A DNA stretch of 64,000 nt from an uncultured Bifidobacteriaceae bacterium (GTDB lineage: Bacteria; Acidobacteriota; Vicinamibacteria; Vicinamibacterales; UBA2999), in contig CAZDLW010000004.1 in the NCBI GenBank assembly GCA_964505975.1, positions 17,790 to 81,789 of the forward strand, in the 5' to 3' direction. Made by a program: the position numbers and the translations under genes. Shown piece after piece: positions 28,742-35,632 of this stretch. Numbering within the stretch: the first letter of the stretch is position 1; every line of letters begins with the position of its first letter. The notes below the pieces were generated by a model that saw only the letters and a program-made list of their open reading frames with translations, did no database searches and had not been told where the DNA came from.

Positions 28742-30328
28742 TCAGTTCCCCCTCGCGCCAGCACGCTCGAGGAGAGACAGGATCTCCGACCGGGCTTCAT
28801 CTCCGACGTCCCGCGTGGTCCGGGTGACGTCTATAAGGGTCCGGCCTCCATCGTCGACGACGCCTACGCTGGCGCCGTGATCGAGCAGATACCGGACCAC
28901 CTCGGCCCGTCCGGCCTCGGCGGCAAAGAAAAGCGTCGTCTGGCCCTGCCGTCCGCTCAGCGTACTCGGCCGCGCGATGCGTGCCGTCAGACTGGTCACG
29001 TCGGTGATACGGGCGTTCACGTCCGCGCCGGCCGCCCGCAGGATGTCCATCGTTTCCAAGGAGAGCGCAACGACGTTATCGGGGAGGCCGGGGCCGAGCA
29101 CGCTCGGGCCCGTGCGTGTGCCAATGCCGGCCGCAGCCATGAACGGCGTCACGCCGGACGCGTTCGGCAAGTCGACCAGTGCGCCATGCGCGAGGAGCAG
29201 CCGCACGACCTCGTTGTCGAAGGTCTGGGCGGCGCGCAGCAGCGGTGTGGCCCCGGTCGTAAGCAGGTCATCCCTGAAGCGGTTGTCCCGTCCACCGCGG
29301 CTGGGCTCCTTGAACGCCAGCTGTGCGTTCGGATTGACTCCTGCCGCGAGCAGCGCCTCGATCAGCTCGAGAGACTCCGGCGATCGCGGCCCCGCGTGAC
29401 CGTCGAGCCCTCCGCGCATCGTCACCGCCACGTACAGTGGCGTTCGGCCCCACCAGTCCCAGGTATGCGGATTGGCTCCACGTTCGAGCAGGTACCGGGC
29501 CACGTTCGCGTACCCATTGTCGAGCGCCATCATCATCGGTGTCATGCCGTCTGGATTCGGGCGGTCCACGTCCGCACCGGCGTCGAGCATGGCGGTGACA
29601 CACTCGAGGCAGCCGGCCCGCGCCGCATACAGGAGTGGGGTGAGTCCTCCGGTGGGGCGATACTGCACGCGCGGCTCGTCGGTGATCTGCGTTGGCCAGT
29701 CCGTCGCCCGCGCGCGGATGGACAGGTCGGCGCCCTTCGACACCAGGAACGCCACCATGTTCCCGCGGCCCTGAGCCGCCGCCCACATCACCGCCGATTG
29801 GTTGCGGAAGCGTTCGCGTTGATTGACGTCGGCGCCATGCCGCACGAGAAGCTCGGCCACGGCCACACTGCCTGTCCGCGCTGCCAGCATCAGCGGCGTC
29901 TGGCCATCCTCGTTGGCCACAGTGGCGTTGGCTCCGGCTTCGAGGAGCATGCCGACCAGTTCAACGTTGGCTACCGTGACTGCCTCGGCCAGCGGACTCG
30001 AACCATAACGGTTGGCGACATCCGCGCGCGCTCCGCTCTTCAACAGCACGTCAACCAGCTCGCGATCGACTCGGTACACTGCCCAGTGTAGTGGCGTCGT
30101 CCCGTCAGGCTGCGCCTCGTTGACGTCGGCGCCGGCGGCGAGCATGGTAAGCGCCACCCGTCGATCGCCGGCGCGGATCCGATCCGCCAGCGCGGACTGC
30201 GCGTGGACCGTGGCGCACAGGGCGAAGAGCATCGCGAACGCGGTGAGATATCGCTGACACGAAAGAACAGTTGCGTGCACGGTCGCATGTTCCTTCCGCC
30301 CCGACTCGCGAGCTTGCGGCCGTTCCAT
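28742..30328 (-). CDS. Secreted ankyrin-repeat protein
   Basis: ORF 28742..30457, start at ATG 30328, after the upstream stop. Signal-like LTAFAMLFALCATVHAQ. Many G.TPL..A......v..LL..GAd.n repeats. Confidence 0.8.
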   Translation of the reverse strand: MERPQARESGRKEHATVHATVLSCQRYLTAFAMLFALCATVHAQSALADRIRAGDRRVALTMLAAGADVNEAQPDGTTPLHWAVYRVDRELVDVLLKSGARADVANRYGSSPLAEAVTVANVELVGMLLEAGANATVANEDGQTPLMLAARTGSVAVAELLVRHGADVNQRERFRNQSAVMWAAAQGRGNMVAFLVSKGADLSIRARATDWPTQITDEPRVQYRPTGGLTPLLYAARAGCLECVTAMLDAGADVDRPNPDGMTPMMMALDNGYANVARYLLERGANPHTWDWWGRTPLYVAVTMRGGLDGHAGPRSPESLELIEALLAAGVNPNAQLAFKEPSRGGRDNRFRDDLLTTGATPLLRAAQTFDNEVVRLLLAHGALVDLPNASGVTPFMAAAGIGTRTGPSVLGPGLPDNVVALSLETMDILRAAGADVNARITDVTSLTARIARPSTLSGRQGQTTLFFAAEAGRAEVVRYLLDHGASVGVVDDGGRTLIDVTRTTRDVGDEARSEILSLLERAGARGN

Positions 30329-30356
30329 GCGCACCTGACCTCCGGAGGGAGAATAC

Positions 30357-31277
30357 TCACACCACATCTGGGGACAACTTGTTGTGATGTGCCCACAATC
30401 CTTTGTGCACGGCATAGAGGAACGTGTGCGGGTCGTTGAACGTTCGACCCAATCCATCCATCACACCGGCGTCGAGCATGTCTTCAACAGTGTCACCCTG
30501 ACGGACCCGATCGACCGCGCGCTGATAGATCACCGCCATCATGTCGCGCTCGGCCTGCAGATCGGCCCAGCTCACCACCGGACCGTAGCCGGGCACGACT
30601 CTCGTGTCGCTATCGCTCAACGCCAGCAGCCGGTCCATGGCGTCGACCCGGCCGCCGAGCCATGCTCCCGTGAACCAGTCCAGTTCCGGATCCCGCGCCG
30701 GCGCCGCGACATCGCCAGCCGCCAGCACGTTCGAATCACGGAAGAAGACGTAGATGTCCCCACTCGTGTGCGCGTCGATCAGGTAGCCGTAGTCGATTCG
30801 CTCGCCTCCGGCGTCCATCGACCCATCCACGTAGAAGGTCTCGGTGGGATGCGCAGTCCGAGGGCGGGCAGGCCGGTAGCGATCCGCTGCCGGCATCCAG
30901 GTGGGCGTAGCCATCCAGAGCCGTGTGTTTTCGTGGGCAACAATGGTCGCGCCCGCCTGCCGGAGGAGGTCATTCGCCGCGGTGTTCTCGATGTGCCAGT
31001 GGGTATTGAAGACCGTCCGGATGCGACCGCTCGGTGACACCTGCTGCAACGCGTGCATCAAGGGATCGCTGTGCAAGGGAGCGCCACTGTCGACCACGAC
31101 GTGACCGTCGGCCGTCGAGAGTGCAAGGACGTTGGTGCCGCCGCTCGTCACCAGAGATAGTCGATCGGTCAGCGGCACGCGGTCGGCCTGCGCGGACGTG
31201 CCGTCACGCGGCAGCACCACGCTGCCGAACAGGCCCCCGATCGCTCCGAGCAGGAGCTGTCTGCGGTCGAGCATCAC
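30357..31277 (-). CDS. TAT-exported MBL-fold metallo-hydrolase with atypical metal motif
   Basis: Twin-arginine leader MMLDRRQLLLGAIGG. The MBL motif region reads FNTHWHIENTAAN, i.e. HxHxEN instead of HxHxDH. Later blocks DAHTSGD and AAGDV. Confidence 0.7.
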   Translation of the reverse strand: MMLDRRQLLLGAIGGLFGSVVLPRDGTSAQADRVPLTDRLSLVTSGGTNVLALSTADGHVVVDSGAPLHSDPLMHALQQVSPSGRIRTVFNTHWHIENTAANDLLRQAGATIVAHENTRLWMATPTWMPAADRYRPARPRTAHPTETFYVDGSMDAGGERIDYGYLIDAHTSGDIYVFFRDSNVLAAGDVAAPARDPELDWFTGAWLGGRVDAMDRLLALSDSDTRVVPGYGPVVSWADLQAERDMMAVIYQRAVDRVRQGDTVEDMLDAGVMDGLGRTFNDPHTFLYAVHKGLWAHHNKLSPDVV

Positions 31278-31521
31278 ACGACCCGAACACGTCGGGCGTC
31301 GCCACCCAGGACTGACGGAATCGCCACGCGCGCAGCTCGGCCCACGGGACGCAGCCCGTCAACGGTGCAGATCATGGCCCACGGACCTGCCCGCGTCAAT
31401 TGCGACGCTGAGGATTGAGACCTGGTAGTGGGAGCCGGAGGGCAGACGCCTGGTCGAATGTCGTAGCGAAACCACAACGCGGTGTGCCTCTCGCCAGGCC
31501 GAGGTATTCGTACTCGTCGTG

Positions 31522-32391
31522 TCAGGCGTCATCTGATGCTCGCTGGGACCCAAAGAGCAGCCCGAAATAGCCTATCTTGGAGAACCCAATCGACTCATAT
31601 AGCCGACGCGCCGCCTCGTTATGTTCGCCGGTAAACAGAATGAGCTTCTTCAATCCAAGATGCAGCGAAGCATCTTCGAGAAGTGCCAGCATGACCGCTC
31701 GCCCCAGGCCCCTCCGGCGTCGCTCTGGCACGGTGAACACGCCCCCAACCTGCCCAAGCGAATCGAACGTTGCGTTCAATCCTGCGATTGCGACGAGGTG
31801 CGCACCTTCAGGCCGTCCCCACCAGTGGCCTTCGGTCGCCTGATTCACGAACGCGTCTCTCCGCTGATCGAGAGTGCCGTGCACCGGCAGCCCCTCCTCC
31901 TTCAGGTACGCCGTGTTGAGGGGCTCCCAACGGTCGAAGTCAGAGGGCTCCAGCCTACGAACGAGGCTACCGGTCTCGTGACGGGCTAGCGACCTCAGGC
32001 CCAGCCGGTACAGAATCTCCTTCGAAGCATGAACGGATTGAAAGCGTCGGTTGCTGCACAGACGGCGCCAGAGTGACTCGGCGGCCGTCCATTCCCCTAC
32101 CACTCCCGTGATCGGAGTAGGCTCGCCCTCGCACGCCGAGAGGATCGCGTCCGCCAGATCATCGCGCCCTCCAGTTTCGGCGAGCAGATTCCCACGCCGC
32201 GTAAGAGCGAAGACGGATACCACTTCCCCGGCGTCTTCGATGTAGCGGTAGTTCCCTGAATTCATTCCTTCGCCCAGGCGAAAACCATGTGCGACGAGAT
32301 TGGAGAGGAGAAACAGCGATGTCTCCACATGTTGCCGCAGGAACGCCCGTGCCATTTGAACGTTCGACTCCGTTACCTCTCGTGTTCGCAT
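31522..32391 (-). CDS. GNAT family N-acetyltransferase
   Basis: C-terminal acetyl-CoA block VFTVPERRRRGLGRAVMLALL...EHNEAARRLYESIGF. The gene is visibly lower in GC than its flanks. Confidence 0.8.
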   Translation of the reverse strand: MRTREVTESNVQMARAFLRQHVETSLFLLSNLVAHGFRLGEGMNSGNYRYIEDAGEVVSVFALTRRGNLLAETGGRDDLADAILSACEGEPTPITGVVGEWTAAESLWRRLCSNRRFQSVHASKEILYRLGLRSLARHETGSLVRRLEPSDFDRWEPLNTAYLKEEGLPVHGTLDQRRDAFVNQATEGHWWGRPEGAHLVAIAGLNATFDSLGQVGGVFTVPERRRRGLGRAVMLALLEDASLHLGLKKLILFTGEHNEAARRLYESIGFSKIGYFGLLFGSQRASDDA

Positions 32392-32557
32392 CTGGCTTCA
32401 CTGACGCCTGACGTTCGCAATGAGCCGCGGCGCGTCATCGTCAATCCGGCGCCGTCGGCTCCAACGCCTTGATGCTCATTCAGCCCTCCCCCTGCACCTA
32501 CCAACTGGGTAGGCACAGCGCAGGGACATGCGCGTATCCGCGCAGGAGGAGCGCCGA

Positions 32558-33183
32558 ATGAGATTCTACAACCGGCAACATCGGCACGATTGCGGAATCG
32601 ATCTTCACGTCAAGACGATGTACGTCTGCATCCTGGACTCGGCCGGCCAGATGCTCGTGCATCGCAATCTGCCATCGACGCCTGAGGCGTTCCTCGAGGT
32701 CGTCGCCCCGTACCGGGAGGATCTGGCGGTGGCGGCCGAGGGCAGGTGCACGTGGTAGTGGCTGGCGGACGTCTGCGCCGCGGAGGAGATCGCGTTCGTG
32801 CGGGGTCACGCCCTGGCGATGAAGGCCACGGCGGCAAGGCCAAGAACGACACGATCGACTCGCACACGATCGCGCGCCCGCTGCGCGGCGGTCTGGTGCC
32901 GCAGTCCTACGTCTACCCGGCGGCGAGGCGGCCGACCCGGGATCTCATTCGGCGCCGGCTGCATCTGGTCCGCACGCGCGGCGAGCTCCTGGCGCACATG
33001 CACAGTACGCGCGCCCAGGACAACCTGCCCGCTTTCGAGCGACGCCTCGCGTATCCCGCCCACCGTGACGGGGTCAGCGCGCAGGTCGCCGACCCGAGGG
33101 TGCGCAAGCGTATCGAGGTCGACTGCGGGCGAGCCACACGTCTCACGCGAGCCTCTCGGAACCGAGCTCGTCACCGATCGTGA
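32558..33183 (+). mobile_element. IS110-family transposase remnant (nonsense + frameshift + 3' truncation)
   Basis: MRFYNRQHRHDCGIDLHVKTMYVCILD...LAVAAEGRCTW-TAG-WLADVCAAEEIAFVRGHALAMKA, then a shift to HGGKAKNDTIDSHTIARPLRGGLVPQSYVYPAARRPTRDLIRRRLHLVR. The C-terminal transposase half is absent. Confidence 0.8.
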
Positions 33184-33449
33184 CCACGTGTGCGCCGCAG
33201 AGCGCCCACGAGCCGACGATCCTGAGCCACGGGTCCGGCAGCGAGCAGCTTTGATGGGACGTCCGCTCCCTCCCCCGCCCATGCACACGCGTTCACGGGA
33301 TGGGCTGCCCCTCCCCCGAGCCTGGCGACAACGGACGCGCGCACGCGACGTCGCTCGTTCTGACGAGGCCGGTATGGGGGCCCGAATGAGTGTCTAGGCC
33401 GCGAGGGTCTCACGACCCTCGCGCGTCGCTCCGCGAAGCGTGAGCCTCA

Positions 33450-33463
33450 ATAGGTGTTGGGCC
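33450..33463. repeat. ATAGGTGTTGGGCC direct-repeat copy (contains GTTGGGC = GTTRRRY)
   Basis: 13 of 14 positions identical to 33614-33627. Confidence 0.6.
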
Positions 33464-33613
33464 CCATCCCCACAGCGGAATGGAAACCTGCGCTGGAAAC
33501 GAAGACGGCACTGAAGGGAACGCGGTGATTCGGAGTCATCTCTTGCGGTCGCGCGTCTTCTTGATTCGACGACCGGACGGAGAAGATCTGTGCCCTTGAC
33601 GAGGGGAAGGCTG

Positions 33614-33629
33614 ATAGGTGTTAGGCCGA
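33614..33629. repeat. ATAGGTGTTAGGCCGA: left arm of the inverted repeat bracketing the nuclease gene
   Basis: GTTAGGCCGA (33620-33629) is the exact reverse complement of TCGGCCTAAC (34672-34681). The nuclease TAA stop lies inside it. Confidence 0.7.
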
Positions 33630-34630
33630 GAGCATCTTGTTGCCGAACATCTCCGCTTCAAAATCCCGAAGGGAGTAGTGATACGGCTCGCGAATGCTGT
33701 TCTCGACACGAACCATGAGCGCCGACGCCGTCAACAAGACCACACTCCTGACAGACGCGTCCGCCAGATGTCGCTCAAGCTTCGCAACGTCGCTGTCGCG
33801 AGATGCGGACGACACGACTACGAGGTACGACCTAGCTATTCCCTCGTGTTCAAGACGCCGGGCCGTCGTCTGAACGTACTCGAAGAACTTGCGATCTTCG
33901 GTGCCGACCGAATAGCCATCCGCGCGGACCTTCGCATCGACGATGAGAGCAAAACCGACCCGGCGAGCGATGGCCACGCAGTCAGGTCGGCGGCCGGCGC
34001 CCTGACCTAGAGGGTGTGGACCTCGAAGCCGAGACACGCAAAGGCATCCGCCACCCGCCGCTCGAAGAGAACGCTCGGGGTTGCCGCCGGGTCATCGAAC
34101 GGCGCTCGCTCCCCTCGGGCCAAGACATCAAGATACTGCAGCGATGCCGGGAGGAATAGATGGAACGCTGGCACTGGCACCAGTGGCCTCTCGGAACGGC
34201 TCGACCTGGCCGACTTACGGCTGACCCAACCCGGATACTCCAAGATCTGGCGGAGCTGCTCGTCTTGTGATTGCTCGAGCCATGCCCGAAACGCTAGGCG
34301 GAATTGAGTGGCTGGCCGATTCGGGTTGCCGATGGAGTGAGTCCTGGTCTTGAGCTCGCGTGTGGCGATCTCAAGCTCCCTACTGGTTGGAATCTTCTGA
34401 AGGTGAAGACAGACCTTGGCGTAGTCCTCGAACAGCACCTCGTCGGTCAACGGTTGCTGCCATTCGGACGGCGTGGCCCCCGCCTCTCTGGCGAGATCAG
34501 AGTGTCGAGGCCAGTAGTATTGAACTGCGCTGGGCTTAATGCCCGTAAGCTTCGCAAAACGGGGGGCGACTCCGAGCGTCGCGGTGGCGCTGCGGAAAGC
34601 TTGGAGGATTTCGTCCCTGCTACGTCGCAT
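33621..34630 (-). pseudogene. Nuclease with FokI-like PD-(D/E)xK cleavage domain and two N-terminal homing-endonuclease-associated-type repeats, split by a frameshift
   Basis: ORFs 34007..34630 and 33621..34037 join as ...FERRVADAFACLGFEVHTL/GQGAGRRPDCVAIARRVGFALIVDAKVRADGYSVGTEDRKFFEYV. Compare the FokI cleavage domain ...FFMKVYGYRGKHLGGSRKPDGAIY...IVDTKAYSGGYNLPIGQADEMQRYV. The frames differ by 1 nt near 34007-34020. Confidence 0.7.
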
Positions 34631-34671
34631 TTACAGAAAGCAGTCTACCCTGTCGACCCTGCTTCTGGACT

Positions 34672-34681
34672 TCGGCCTAAC
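34672..34681. repeat. TCGGCCTAAC: right arm of the inverted repeat bracketing the nuclease gene
   Basis: Exact reverse complement of 33620-33629, located 41 nt upstream of the nuclease start codon. Confidence 0.7.
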
Positions 34682-34801
34682 TACTGTCTCAGTAGACCCT
34701 CGGGCTCCGCTGCAGCCAACAGCGGCCGAGTCGACAGAGTGTCGCTCCCTATTTTCTGGAGACGCAAGTACTTCGGCTGATGGCCCGCCAAAGGCAGCGT
34801 G

Positions 34802-35141
34802 GCGTTGGCTGCGGGAATCAGTCTCCGGCGGCCGCTGTGGCAGCGAACGCCCACCGGCCGTCGGGGACGACGCCGCCGAACCTCCATGGACGGAGCGGGT
34901 TGGCATGTCTCTCGCTCACGGATTCCGCAATTGGCTGCAGCGAGCCTCGCAGCCAACCGTGGCGACATCGCACCGTATGCCCCCGCAAGTCGATGGCGCC
35001 AATGTCCTCGCAATGGACAGAGGTGCGCGCGCGACCGGCGTTGGCTGCGGACCTGCGCCTTGGCTGCGAACGTTTCGCAGCCATGCACCCGGCGCCCCGT
35101 CACAACCAGACGCGATTGGCTGCGACAGTTCGCAGCCAATC
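34802..35141. repeat. Cluster of four related hairpins plus one half-site built on GCGTTGGCTGC / GCAGCCAACGC arms
   Basis: Stems 34802-34812/34840-34850 (10 of 11 positions), 34931-34938/34949-34956, 35061-35070/35074-35083 (10 bp perfect) and 35114-35125/35130-35141 (12 bp perfect). Half-site at 35038-35050. Confidence 0.75.
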
Positions 35142-35619
35142 GCCCACCGGCACCGGGCACGCGACCGATCGAGCGGGCTCCGCACGCCGAGTCCCCCCTT
35201 GTTCAACGCGTGCAGATACGTCATCGTCGTCGCGACGTCCGCATGCCCAGGCAACTCCTGGACGGTGCGCCCGTCGTACCCCCGCTGCAGGAGGTGGGAG
35301 GCATAGCCGTGCCGCAGCACGTGCGGACCGACGACCTTCGTGATGCCTGCCGACCGCGCCGCCGCGGTGACCTCGCGCTGAATCACGGACTCGTGGAGAT
35401 GGTACCGACACGGCAGCCCCCTCGCGGATCGCGGCAGATCCGCGCCGCCGGGAACACGAACGGCCACGTCCACGCCGTGCCGGCGTTCGGATGCCCGAGG
35501 CACGGCGGCAGACTCCCGAACGCCGCGTACGGGTCCTTCACGGGAATCAGGTAATCAACCGCGCGCGGATCCGTGCGGTAGCCGTCCTTTCGCGAGCTGC
35601 GATACCATACGCCGGTCAC
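34916..35619 (-). pseudogene. Integron-integrase-like tyrosine recombinase remnant (C-terminal half, frameshifted)
   Basis: Frame 1 (35383..35619): ...[32 protein letters not shown]. Frame 2 (35161..35503): [80 protein letters not shown]. Compare IntI1: ALERKYPRAGHSWPWFWVF...RRHHMYDQT...[52 protein letters not shown]. Homology ends near 35161, and the ORF tail to 34916 is read-through. Confidence 0.7.
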
Positions 35620-35632
35620 GCCAGAGAGGGAT

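Noticed and set aside
33184-35160. Canonical integron attC or attI sites.
   Set aside because: GTTRRRY/RYYYAAC heptamers are present, but I could not pair any RYYYAAC with a GTTRRRY 50-140 nt downstream on the same strand with the expected imperfect internal symmetry. They are reported only as core-site-like repeats.
34539-35554. Plus-strand ORFs 34539..35306, 34780..35343 and 34799..35554 across the hairpin cluster.
   Set aside because: The products are Arg/Pro/Ala-rich and unstructured-looking. They overlap the integrase remnant in antisense and the palindromes, so they are not credible coding sequence.
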